This document shows, piece after piece, positions 12,390 through 25,400 of a DNA stretch of 64,000 nucleotides (the stretch's first letter is position 1; every line of letters starts with the position of its first letter). A program made the translations under genes and the position numbers. A model generated the notes under the pieces. It had not been told where the DNA came from and searched no databases. It saw only the letters and a list, made by a program, of their open reading frames with translations. This DNA is from Vicugna vicugna. Lineage: Eukaryota. The DNA is taken from NCBI GenBank assembly GCA_013265495.1, contig MU058636.1, positions 6,960,295 through 7,024,294 of the forward strand. The letters are read 5' to 3'.

Positions 12390-14550
12390 ATAATGATTTT
12401 CAGTATATGTCTTTGTATAGGATTTTTAGTGGTTGTTCTAATTATTACATGATATCTACAAGGCTCATCACAGTCTACTGGTGGTGTCATTTTACCAATC
12501 CAAGTGAAGTATAGAAACTTTACCTCTTTACATCCCTTTATCCTCCCTCACTTATATTTGTCTTAAATGTTACCTCTACACACACTTAGAACTACATCAG
12601 ACAGTGTTATAATTTTTGCTTCAGCAGCAAACCGTAATTGAGAAAACTCAAGAGGAAAAGGAAAGCCTATTATATTTACTGATATTTTGCTTGTGTCCTT
12701 CCTTCGTGGTGCTCTAATGTTCCTTCTTTTATTGCTTCCCTTATGATTTATAGGATTGCCTTTAGCCATTCTTTTAGACTAGCTCTAATGGTGACAAATA
12801 CTTTCTCTTCCATCATCTGAAAGTATTTTTATTTCTCCTTTAATTCCTGAAGGATATTTTCACTGGCTGTAGGATTCTGGGTTGACAGTTCTTCTCTTTT
12901 GAAACAAAAGTTTTGCACTTCCTCTGGCTACCATAGCTTTGAGTGTGAAATATGCTGTCATTCTAATTGTTTCACCTCTGTAGGTGAGATGTCATTTTTC
13001 TTTGGCTGCTTTTTAGGTTTTCCTTTGCTCTTAGTTTTCAGAAGTTTAATTATAACATGTCTTGGCATGAATTTCTTTGGGTTTATCATGGTTGGAGTTC
13101 ACTCAGCTTCTTAAATCTGTGCACTTATGGTTTTCTGCTAGATTTGGAAAGTATTCAGCCATTATTTCTTCAGGCACTATTTCAGTCCCACTCTCTTTCT
13201 CCTTCCAGGACTCCAGTAACCCAAATGTTAGATGTTATTCTCCGTAAATTTCTGAGCTTTGTTTTGTTCGGTTTTTTTAGCCTATTTCCTGTTTGTTGTT
13301 CATATTGGGTAATTTCTATTGTTCTATCTTCCAATTAACGAGTTCTTTTTTCTGTCCTCCATTCTGCTGTTGAGCCCATCTACTGAGGTTTTTATTTTGA
13401 TTACTGTATTTGTTATTTATTAAATTTCCATTTGGTACCTCTTTACATCTTTTTCTCTCTTTTTTTTTTGGCTGAGACTTTTTGTTTCTTTGCTGAGCCT
13501 CTTTTTTTCTTCTTTGAAGCATGTTCATAATTGTTCACTGAAGCATTTTTTATTGTGGCTGGTTTAAAATCCTTGTCAGAAAATTCTAACATCCCTATCA
13601 TCTCAGCATTGGCATCTATTGATGATCTTTTTACATTCCACTTGAGATCTTCCAGGTTCGTGGTATGACAAGTGATTTGAGACTGAAATCTGGACTTATA
13701 AAAATTATTTTCTGATTTTTTTTTAATCTCATTTAAATATTCTGTTTTAACATTGACTTTCTTGACATTGATCACCAGGAGAAGTGAGGAGCACTGTCTC
13801 TTCACTGCCAGGTGGAAGTAGAAATCTAGATTCTCCGCTTTCCCTCCATTGACATCCAAGGAATGGGCAGCTCCTCATTACTGCTTGGCAGGGGTGGGAG
13901 TGCCAACTCACCCTGTCAGGTCCACTGGTGGGTGTCCTCATTGCTGTTGGTCAGTGGTAAAGGTCCTGACTCTCTACCATGCTTCCTCCTGACACCACCC
14001 CAGTGAGAAGAGAGAGGGATGCCTCCAGTGGGGATGGAAATCCAGGCTCTCCACATGGTCTCCACTGACTCCTTGAGAGTGGGGCATCTTATCACCAGCC
14101 AGCAGAGATTAAAGTCCTGGCTCCCTGTTTGGTCTTCTCTGAACCACCCCAGTGAGGACGTTAGGACACCTCATTACATCTTCATGAGGCTTCACATCTC
14201 GGCTTCCCACTCAGCCTTTACTACTGCGTGTTGGGCAGGGGGAGGGCAGGGGGCACAGTTTATCTGTAGTGTTTGGCTGGAGTGCAGTAATTGTCTTCCT
14301 AGGATGCCCTTTTCCTGGTCCTTTGGCTAGAGAAACAGGTGTTCACCTTTTGGCCTATCTGGGTTGCCAGCCTCTTTGCCTCCAAATCTAGGATACATGA
14401 GACAAAAAGATAACCCAAGGAACTCACTGCCGGTCCTTAGCCGGTCTGCCTTCTGCTCTCCACTTTCAGAGTTTTGTTATGTTAGTTTTCTATATAGTGT
14501 CCGAATTTTTCCAGTTGTACTTATTGGGAGGAATAGAGGAAAGTATGTCT
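12390..14550 (-). mobile_element. Ancient L1 (L1MC/MD-like) inter-ORF, ORF1 and 5' region
   Basis: T-rich antisense ORF1 remnants (gaaggatattttcactggctgtaggattctgggttgacag; tccattctgctgttgagcccatc) followed by a GC-richer 5' UTR-like segment. Probably the 5' part of the element at 8050-10425. Confidence 0.7.
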
Positions 14551-16072
14551 GTTGTTGGAAATTTGAGAAAACCTTAGATCTTAGGTCTCTCCTGGTGAAT
14601 TCAGCTACTTGATTTTAATATACTTTTAAAGAAAATCATTGTATTAAGATTTTTAGTTTGATCTTCCTTAAGCCACTAGGATTATTCTGTATTTGTAGGG
14701 ATAGAAATCATTCTGTTTTAAATTAATGACAGAGGTACACTACTTGTAGCAGTTAATCACCAGGTAATCACTTTGACAGAAAAATTAAATTATAATGTTT
14801 AGAAAAGCAAGTATATTAAAATAAATTTCAAATAATTATGATTTCAATGTTCTTTTTTATATATCCCCTACATTGCTATGTTCTTTTACAATTGAATTAT
14901 AGAAAACAAATTAGATAGACATAAAATCTAAAAACTTTTCAAAAGTAAATTATTCTTCTCAGTGACTATACATATCTGTAGATGTTCAAAGTAAAAAAAG
15001 TATTATAATTAATTCATTGAATATTTATTAAAAACAGTATGTGCCATACATTGTGCTAGAGGTCTATTGATGAACAAAATACACAGTTCTGCCTTAATCA
15101 AACATGGTGTTCTTCTGCAATAAAATACCAAAATAAGTAATGAATTCGATCTTCTTTGAAAGCATTTTATATGTTTTTATGAATAATGCAACTCAGAAAA
15201 ATTAAAATAGTATCTTTTGAGTATATTACGCCAACAGAGAAAAACAGACTTCTCAAGTAGCATTTGTCACTAATGTTTATTAAAATTCAATTGAAAACAA
15301 AAATGATACCATGAAATGTTCCATTGATATTCAATGAACATATTTCAGTAATTTTTAAAATACCTCACAGATTTTTAATATTGGTTTAAAGTATAACGTG
15401 GTTTAGACAATGTTACCCAATGGTGGCCGTGATTGTTAATGGTTTATATTAGCCGAAAGCCGTAAAATCATCCAAGAACTCTGCTGGTGTTAGAATAATA
15501 ATTTACCAAGACAATTACCACATACTGGAATTTTTTGCAGCTCTAATTCAGTATTATTAATAATGGATAAAATTGCACTTTTCTCAGGTTGCTGTGGGCA
15601 GCAGGGAATTATTTCAATGAATATTTCAGTACATTATTTTAATCATTGTTCCACCAAATCCAAGTGGGCAATATTTTATAGTTCTTAATTCAGTCTACTA
15701 AGAAACCATGGTCATTAAATTGCAAACTGTTTGGAGTGAGGTCTATCCTGTGATTTACAAGCCTTGTTAAAAACAGTGTAAAAGAATGCAAACTGTGCCA
15801 TTAATACTTGTAACTTGATGATGCTTTTGTTACCAAACTCTCAACGATTAATGTTTTTAGTAGAAGGAAGAACATTGTAAAGAGAGCAGAGCTGAATGTT
15901 ACAATGTGTAAAATATGAGAATGTTACTATTTTAAGTTTTGTTCATTTGTAGAGGAAACATATGTATACAAACATGGTTGTAAAATATAAATATCTCAGA
16001 AATAATCTTAATTTTCCAATGAGACCAAAGAAATACAGATTTAATCTTATTATTTATTCATGTAAAATATTT

Positions 16073-16210
16073 AAATTTACCATAGTTTATAATAGGTAAT
16101 GCCATTCATGTTCTTGAAGGATTGAATAGAGGAAAATTTTAATTCTAATAAAAAGAAAATGTACCAAGCTTTTAAAATTTATTGTGGAAACAGTCTGTGA
16201 ATTGATATAA
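16073..16210 (+). repeat. 138-bp local direct repeat, copy 1
   Basis: aaatttaccatagtttataa...cagtctgtgaattgatataa; about 87% identical by manual alignment to 17788-17925. Confidence 0.93.
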
Positions 16211-16280
16211 CTTGAAAAATGTATCTCCAGTCATATGTTATTACTAATAGTTACTTTGTTTTTTATGTTCCCATTCTTAG

Positions 16281-16405
16281 CCAGTTGCATGATTTCTGGC
16301 GTTTGGATTACTGGGAAGATGACCTTCGTCGAAGGAGGCGGTTTGTCCGTAATGCATTTGGCTCCACTCATGCTGAAGCACTGCTCAAAGCTGCAATCGA
16401 GTATG
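16281..16405 (+). CDS. NBEA: Neurobeachin internal coding exon (125 nt, phase 2 to 1): (S)QLHDFWRLDYWEDDLRRRRRFVRNAFGSTHAEALLKAAIEY(G)
   Basis: Acceptor ccattcttag|C and donor G|gtgagt. The peptide is the conserved NBEA/LRBA FWRLDYWEDDLRRRRRF motif and joins in frame to 30754. Confidence 0.96.
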
Positions 16406-17263
16406 GTGAGTACCGAACACTCCTGGACGTGAGGTGACTCTTTGTGGTTGATAATTCATTTGTTTCACTAGCATTTAAAATTCCCCGTGTAATAAGTCAA
16501 AAATGTTATGTTCTGCTTAACCTTCAAACGCATCATTTAGGTTACACTTAATCAGTCCAGTATTTCCCCCACTTGATGTATTTCAGATTCTTCAACTTCT
16601 TCATGATATATTAAAAGACTCTACATAGTAGGTTATTACCCAACATCCTTCTCATACAGCATAAAACAAGAGTAAAATCAGTTCAGTGTCTTTCAGACTT
16701 TGATCTTTTAAACCTTTTTAACCAAAGTGAAAAAAAGTACCGTTGTAATTGCATATTCAGACTTACACATTTGTATGTATAATTTGTGTGTAAATGTGTG
16801 CAAACCACACGTGTATGTACACTGCGTGACTATACATATAGACATGAAATATATATACAAGTATGTATACTATTGTATATATACATACATATGCACATAC
16901 TAGTGTATTTAACTGAAACAAATGTCTTATTAATAATCTCATTACATGGCACTTTCTATTTTAACCCTATTCTATTCTATTACTTTCAGTGTAAAAAAAA
17001 TTAAAAGTCATGTCTCAACATGCCCATTTAAGTTCCCAGCCCTACAATGGATTGCAAATAAAGTTTGAAAAAGACTATCCCATGGTAAAGGTACCATCAA
17101 CTGTCACACTGCAGTAGAACTGTACCCTATATTGTCCTTTATAAAATGTACAATAAATAGTAAATGTCAAAAACTTTTTGTAATTTATTAAAAGTGCCAC
17201 TACTTTAGATTGCTGTCCACCAAGAAGTATGCTTAGGACTAGTCTGTCTGTTCACCTGTTTTT

Positions 17264-17585
17264 GTTGTTGTTGTTTTATTTTTAATTGAAGTGCAGTCAG
17301 TTACAATTCATCAGTCTCTGGTGTACAGCACAATATCCCAGTCATGCATATACATGCATATATTCATTTCCAGTTTTTTTTCATTAGAGGTTATTACAAG
17401 ATACTGAGGATAGTTCCATGTGCCATACAGAAGAAACTTTTTAAAAATCTATTTCTGTATATAATGGCTAACATTGGCAAAACTCAAAACTCTCCAATTT
17501 ATCCCTTCCCACCCCCTTTACCCAGTAACCGTAGATTGTTTACTAAGTCTGCGAGTCTGTTTGTGTTCTGAAGATGAATTCATAA
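17264..17585 (-). mobile_element. 5'-truncated lineage-specific L1 3' UTR with TSD
   Basis: Degenerate poly-T (gtt)n, then ttgaagtgcagtcagttacaat...gtacagcacaatatcccagtcatgcatatac. TSD ttcacct(g/a)ttttt at 17251-17263 and 17586-17598, followed by AA (L1 endonuclease TTTT/AA). Confidence 0.85.
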
Positions 17586-17787
17586 TTCACCTATTTTTAA
17601 ATGCTCTTAACAAGTTTCAGCTTCATTGATCATATCAACATTTTATATACCAAATACACTTGGAAAATACCATTGATGGACACTGTCCATGTATTTTTGT
17701 TATTAACTGCTTCTCTTCTCACAATGACTTGGGTTTTTTTAAGTTAGTTTTATTTATTTGAGGATAATCATTGAGCCATATCTTTTG

Positions 17788-17925
17788 AAATTTACCATAG
17801 TTTATAACATAGAATGCCATTCATGTTCTTGATGGATTGAACAGGGAAAATATTTAATCCTAGTGAAAAGAAGATGTACACAGCTTTTAAAATTTACTAT
17901 GTAAACAGTCTGTGAATTGATATAA
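17788..17925 (+). repeat. 138-bp local direct repeat, copy 2
   Basis: Same ends and length as 16073-16210. Confidence 0.93.
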
Positions 17926-20900
17926 TTTAATAAGGCTCAAAACATAAATAGGTGAGGATTTCATATCAAGCTATTATACCTAAGGTAAAGCTTCAAAGTA
18001 ACTTTATACAGTAAAAGAAGGTACAGGAGAGGATGTGCTAAAAAAAAAACATGCAGTTGACCTATACTGTAGAGGGTTTCTTTAATCAACTCAAAGAAAA
18101 CACTTCAGGATTTTAGCACACCAACTTAAAATAAATTATTTTATTTATGGTCTACAGAAGAGATTCTTAGAACTGTCTACATAAAGTGGCGTGCTTTATA
18201 AGATGAACTTAAAGTTTTTTAAACTACATTTCTTACACCCAACAATTTAGGCTTTTTTGCCAATTCATCTTGAATTCATCTCATTTGAAATTAGAAACAT
18301 CTAGAGGCAATTTGTAACAGAGGTCAGGCAAGAATGATACATTAGTCATACTGAGTTGCCAAAACGTTAACTATGTCGGATCCATATTATACTACATTCG
18401 GCATTCTGCAGGTTGCTATCTTAAAAAGGATCTGTTAGAAAAATATTTCTTTTGGTTCTCTATAAAAATTGATGCCATATTTTGTATGTTTAATTTGTAT
18501 AGTATCTCTATTAATTAAACCAGTGTCAAAGCCTACCAGAGACACGTTTTTAAAAATTTGATATTAACATCTTTTTAAGGCTGATTGTCATATTTTAGAA
18601 ATGCAATAACCATAGTTAATGAACTTAAACTAAAAAGAATATTTTAATTTTGAAATAGAGGAAAGATGTAGGTGATACTAGACATCCTTTGTGTGTGATA
18701 TAAATGTATTTAACAATCTGTAGTGGTTTCTGGACTTTAAATACTAGATCATCAGCAGTATTCAGAACTTATTATCCCTCTTGATTTTGATTCTTTGGTA
18801 ACAGGAAACTAGGGTATGTTTCTAGTTTATGCATATTTAGAACAAAGACCGCGTGTATGCCATACAGTATTCAGGAAATCTACATGGTACCTATGCTGGA
18901 GTTACTCCTTGGTCATTCTCAGGGCTAAAGTCATGTAGTGGAGGACAAAAGAAAACTCAAACAACTCTGCCTCCAAAAGCAATTCCAGAGCACACCTCTT
19001 CAACATCACATCTGTGGACTTTCAGAAGTGGATAGAGAGTAGGGAGTGAAATATGGAGGATGTGGAGAGGTGAGTGAAAAGCGCTCCCTGGAGGGATCTG
19101 TATGTAGAAGCCGAAGGAGGAAGTACAGACCAAGAGAAAAACTGTAGTTCTCCTCTTCCAGACTCTCAATGTGCCTTCCAACCTATGTATAAAGTATTTC
19201 TTCAGAAGAAATAGGAAGTAAATGTCAGTAATTATTACAAGGCACTTCAATAAAAATAGATGTTGAAAGACTTAATTGAAAACATATTTTGTATATTTTA
19301 GAGAAAACTTTTGTATTCACATACCGCCAGAACATTCATATAAAAGTAACAAAACTCAGCCCATCATCTGGCCGCTCCGCCTGCCATGAAGCATTGAAAT
19401 GTGTTTTAAGTACCTTAAAGTCTGACAGTGTGTAGACTAACATCCGAATGACTTAATGTTTTGGTTTGTGTAGACGTAGACGAAGAGTATATTTATAGCA
19501 CAAACCGATACATTTTGAGAGAGCTTCTAGAACAAATTGAAATTCAATGTATTCCTTCCTCTATTTTTAATAATTACTGTATTTCAGATTCTATCTTGAA
19601 AATTAAACATTAAGTGCATAAAAACTCTGCTATAGTCTTTGGTCAAAAATGTTTTTATTCATCTATATTATGGCAACAAAATTGTTTTAGGAACAAAAGA
19701 ATATTTTCTGAATGAAACTTTCAGTATGGCTAGAAGTATTTGAATCAGTAATTAAAGTTTTCAGAATTTTAAATAAGTTGTACAAGGGACTAACCTATAA
19801 GTACTTAAATAGGGAATATTTACATGACCATCCCTGTGGTTTGATCACTGGTCATGTGTGTCTGTTCCTGTAGTACACTATGTTTCAGGAGTGCGAGCCT
19901 GTTAATGTAATCGAAGTGAAACTGAATTTGCAAATTTAGTGTTTTAATAGAAATGTTTTGAATCACTTGACTTTTCCCTCAATTCAAACATTTTAGATTA
20001 TTTATACTCAAACTTTCATGTGATGGGCAGAAACATTTAGCTGTGATTTAAATTTCGTGACATTCTTTTTAGGCAATTTATTTGGAGCCACAAAACAAGT
20101 GTATTAATAATGCTTTCTTTTAAATGAGCAAATAATCAGAATTGGAAATATTTTCAAGGAGATGTAAAGGACAATTATTTTATTTCATATTTACTTTGAA
20201 AAGCTTTCTGTTCCACTTCATTATTAAAACTTTTGGTTGACCTTTTTCAGTTGCAAAACATCCTTAACACTGATGGAGTTTTTCATGCTTCTTAGTAATA
20301 CTAATGAGTTGAATAATTTATGAGGTTGTCATGTGCACAAGATTTGGTGTGATTTGATATACTTTCTGCCTCTGGTGTTAGAATGTGATTAATAAAAACC
20401 TGGAGGCATGTAATTTTTTTCCTAATGTTTAATGTTGTAATTTCATGTGTATTGAATGTGTTGTTTAGGTATTTTCTAATCGTAAAATCTCATACAAGTG
20501 CAAATTTAATTGATTACCAGGAATTTTACAGACCATAGCAATGGAAGAATATAAAGAAAATGTCTTAAAGCTCATAAATTCATCTTCTGACCTGCAGGGT
20601 TTTCTTCTTCAAGGCAAATTAGCTAATAGGAAATGATTGAAAAGGAGGGCTTTGTATTTGTCTGTATGTTTAAATAAAACCTAGACTAGTTAAATTCTGG
20701 TGCATTTCTGGTGCTGAAATATTATGCTGTCAAAGAATAGTATAAAGTCTTAATAAGTTTGGTTGTTTTTGTTGAATGTCAATTATCATTTAGGACTCTG
20801 TTTCCCTTCCATGAAATTATAGTGGAACAATGTTTCATCAAAGGCTAAGATCTCAAGCTCCCCCATGTCTGTGATCAAAGACAACACCTTAAATAGGTCT

Positions 20901-21917
20901 GATCAGGCATCACAGAAGAGGGCAGGCTGCTTCAGCTGGAGGGAAAAAAACACATGGAGTAAAGATGACAAAGTTAAGCAGTCATTTCTTTGGCAATAAA
21001 TAATAAGATATGCTGAGAACTGCAAATGAGAACATCCTTAGGTTCCTCAGAGATGTGTCTGCTTAACACCTGAATTATCTAAGCTTGTGAAGCCATCAAG
21101 ATATGACCTTGATGAATAAAAAGCAGCTCTGTAATGAATCTGGAATTAAATTAGTTTTGATGGTATATGCATGGCTACTGTAATGTGCTACTTGCAGACA
21201 TCAAGAAATAAGAAAAGCACTGAGAATAAAAATTACTAATGCAGCTATATACAGTTGAGACAGGAGTTTCAAATAATCTGACTTCATTTTTTCTCTGCCT
21301 TCAATTTTTTAAGAGTTTACAATTATCATATTTGGGAAAGATGATTTGATTTTTTCCTTAATAATCTATTATTTGTACCATGTAGCATCTCTAGCAAACA
21401 TCTTACTATTGTTCATTGATAAATCCATTTTAGCTGGTGTATTATTAATTACATCTTCATATCTGAAATAAAATAGATGATCTGATTATTGTTAAATAAT
21501 ATATTGAAAAGTTAATGATGTTAATTTTTTAAGAGAGAGGACATACAGGGAGTCATCTGTCAGCTCTTTTTGATGCATGTGGTATTTTTATATCATAGTC
21601 TTGTCTTCACCCTGTGGTCTTATACTCTTCTTAAAATGATTAAAATGGATTATATAAATGCTAAGTTATGAAATATGTTTATAAATGCATTTTACAGGTT
21701 TTATATAACAGCATTTTCATACCAACAAAGGTTTTAATCACTCCTCTGTTTTTATGTTGAAACTTCAGATGGCAGGCTTTAAACTGATTCAGAGGAATCA
21801 AGTGCTTCATTAATTTAAAAGCATTTATTGAATATTTCCTACATGCCATGCATGTGCTGCATGTTGGATTCGGAGACTGAGACAAAGTTTCTACCTTCTA
21901 AAAGCACATAGTTTCGG

Positions 21918-22080
21918 GTAGTACTTCTCAACAAGGGTGAAAGCCAGAGTGTGCTCCTGGCATCTAACGGGTGGAGACCAAGAATGCTGCTAAAATATCC
22001 TGCCACTCACAGGACATTCCCCAGAATGACAACAGAAATCCAGCTCAAAATGTCAGTAGTGCCAAAGTTGAGAAACCCTG
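21918..22080 (+). mobile_element. MER20 (hAT-Charlie MITE), internally deleted, inside an L2 remnant
   Basis: ctggcatctaacgggtggagaccaagaatgctgctaaa and terminus aaaatgtcagtagtgccaaagttgagaaaccctg. Confidence 0.8.
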
Positions 22081-22375
22081 GTCTAGTGGAAAGAAGTAAG
22101 CAGTTACCGTAGAGGGAGGTAGTGCATAAAAGAACACAGGGAAAGAGGACTAACTCGGCCCTAGCGCATTGCAGTTGACTTCACAGAAATTACCAAGACG
22201 TAGAGGCATAAAAGGGCCTAAACTCACTTTTTTGAATGGCCTCAATATTTTGCACTTGGTTATAGGTCACCTTGTAGAGATTTCACAAAATATTTTGATT
22301 TTAGACATTTCATATCCTGAGATAAAGGGAAAAACACTTGAGGGCAGGAATCATATCTTTCATCTATTCCATTTA

Positions 22376-22472
22376 AATTGGATTTTTTTAACAGAGGTAC
22401 TAGGGATTGAACCCAGGACCTTGTGCATAGCTAAGTATACATTCTTCTACTTAGCTGTACCCCACCCCCTTC
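22376..22472 (-). mobile_element. tRNA-derived camelid SINE (Vic-1-like) with perfect 15-bp TSD
   Basis: Antisense B box gggattgaacccaggacc and A box ctacttagctgta. TSD catctattccattta at 22361-22375 and 22473-22487. Confidence 0.85.
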
Positions 22473-25400
22473 CATCTATTCCATTTAGAGAATCCACATT
22501 TATACCCTTTTAAATACTTTTATGGTTGATGTTTTTTATTTAATTGATAATTGGTTCATTTCAAGGTATGCACACAGTATTTTAACCACATTCACCTATC
22601 TCTTGCAGTAGCAGCACTGAAGGATGATATTCCATGGAATAGGTCTATAAGTATGGTATTTTCAAATTCTGAAGTATTTTTTTATGTCTGTACTTATTTC
22701 TACTTAAAGCACCAAAAGCTATTAAAGATAAGAAATTAACAAAATTATATTAATGAGTCTATTACTTAGGGCACAGAACTACTCATAATCCTTACTTATA
22801 TTCTTTCAGAGTAATTTTTTATGAAGTGTACACAATGTTACATTTATTAAAATTTGCAATACAGTATGATTGATAGGTATTTTCACCAAGGTGTATTAAA
22901 AAATACTATGTGAGCTCAGTGAAGGGTGCTGCCTAACTGAAGAAATGAATTTTTGCTGGACTTGAAAGGAAGAATGGAAACATTCCCAAGCCCATAAGTG
23001 GGAAGGTGGCAATGCAGAGAAAGGGACCACACAGCATAATACACTATGTCCGGGGAATGGAAGATGGTGCTGTGTGATGGAACACAAGATAGTGTGAGGA
23101 GATCATACAAAGATAAGGCTGCAAAGACTGGAGCCATACCATAAAGGGATTTGTCAATAGACAAAGCCATTAAGGATTGTTATTTGGGAAAGTGACAGAC
23201 CATAGATACTAAGTGGCATGATAACTAATAAATGGTAGGTAGAACAGAAAGTCAATCTAAATACCGTTCTCCTCCTGTACATACAGATACATTTGGAACT
23301 TTCCTAAGTGCAAGAGCATTAGTGAACATGTCCCCTCTCTAAAGTTTACCTGATAAATTTTAGCCCACTCATATAGCCTGTCCGCCACAGGGTTATGTCA
23401 GTACAGGTGAATGTAGTGTTATTCACAGAATGTGCATTCAACGCCATCTATAAAAATATAATTGTAAATGTTTTTGGTGTTTTGAGTGCTTTAGATATCC
23501 TATATCAGCATCATCTCTTAACTCTTCTATTTTTTTTTATCATGAGAGATAAATTCCTGTCAATTACCCCTTCCTTCCATGTCTTTGAGCTGGTTGCTTA
23601 CCTATCCAAAACATCTCCTACCCCCATTTCTCAGAGTTTTAAAGTAAGTTTTCCACACTAAATATTGCAACAGGCTTTAAAAAGAAGCACCAAGCATCAT
23701 TCCCCAGGTTAATGCTATCCACTTTCAGAGAAGTGTCCCCACCCAGTCAGCCTTCATTCAAGTTGTCCAGTTCATCTTTACTTTCATTCTACGAATTCCA
23801 AAACATCCTTCCTTCCATTCTGCTGCTCATCCACCATCTACCCCTCTTGACTCATGATGAAAGGTTTCTTTCCTTTGTTCGTTTTTCCCTTCCTTTCTTC
23901 CTTCCTTCCTGAAAAGAAACATGTTCATTGTAGAATATCTAGAAAATGCCAAAAAAAAATTTTTAAAGAAATGGGGAAAAGTCACTTATAGACAACCATG
24001 TAAAGATAGCTGGTTTATCATTTTGATGTATTTGTTTCTTGCTAGTCTTTTTCTAAGCATACTTAATCTTAGGGACCAGATGCTATGCTATGTACTCAAA
24101 CAGTCACAAAGATGAATAATGCATTATCTCTGCTCTTTATGATATTTAAAGGGTCCAAACTGGCCCAAGTTTTTGATATGTTTTAGCATTTTTTTCCACA
24201 GGTCAAATGTGCCATGTGATTTTTAGCGTAATGAAATCCCTATTTAAAATATTTTAAAATCACCCGAACTAAATGTCTAATCAAAATCCTACTACGCAAT
24301 ATTCAGTATAAAATGCAGAGATTCTACATTTATCATCATGTATATTCTTAAAATATGGCTTATCAAATTTCATTTAAAAAGCATAGAATGCAGTTTTCTA
24401 CATCCACTCCATTAAGAACATTATTAAGTTAGCATTTCGTACGTATATAGGGGTGCACTTAAATTCAATAACATTTTCTTGCACCTCTTTAATTGCATTT
24501 TTCTCTGTTTAAAAGTGCTGTTTATGAATATCCCCTTTGTTGGTCTGTTCTAAGAAATATTGCTTACATATGAATATTTTGAATTAAGAATAAATGAAAT
24601 TCTGTTTTTGCTGTCAGAACCAAATTGTAAAAATGCATTGCATGTCTTTGAAAATCAGTATACTCTATTAGCAGGCCTGTCAATATAAAAAGTGCATTCC
24701 ATTTCCACCTCTTGCTCTAATAACCTTTTCTGTGTTACTCTGAGGCAGTTCACATAATCAGAGTATATTGTCAGCTTACTGGAGTTGGGGAAGCATGAAA
24801 TGAAAATCACGTTAATATTGATCCAATTCTTTTACTTGCAAGTGTCCTTGATGCCCTTTCCCAGAGAGCAATGACTGTTGATGCTGGGTAGCCATCTTCT
24901 TTTATTTCTTCTAGTCCAGTAAATCATTTACAAGCATAACTAATCTGAATAAGAATTTACCACTTAGAATAATAATCTGTGAACATTTCGTCTTAATTAA
25001 TGCCCATATTACTAATTCTGCAAGTTTACTCTGCCACTGAAATATTTCCCTCGAGCTTTTCAGAGAACAGCCTAGCTGCAGATACAATGTTGACGTCTAG
25101 TTTAAAACAATCAAAAGTCAGTACAAGTCCTTCATTGGCAAAAACACAAAGGATGCTGTGCTCTAATTTTATGTGATATAATCATATGCTAAAATGGATC
25201 GTAAATAGTAACATCAATTGTTGATTCAGAAAAGGCTTACCATACCTGAGTCAAATCCATTATAAATGTGAACCTGGTATCTTGGTAATTTTATGGTATA
25301 GATAATATCTATTTTGAATTATAAAATATATTCTCTGTCAACAGAAATGAATTGAAGTGAGAACCGTGGTTAAATCCAGTGCATTCAGACTAAAATACCC

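Noticed and set aside
16281..16284. Alternative acceptor AG 4 nt downstream (ttag|ccag|)
   Set aside because: Using it would shift the frame; the upstream AG preserves the NBEA S-Q-L-H-D-F reading.
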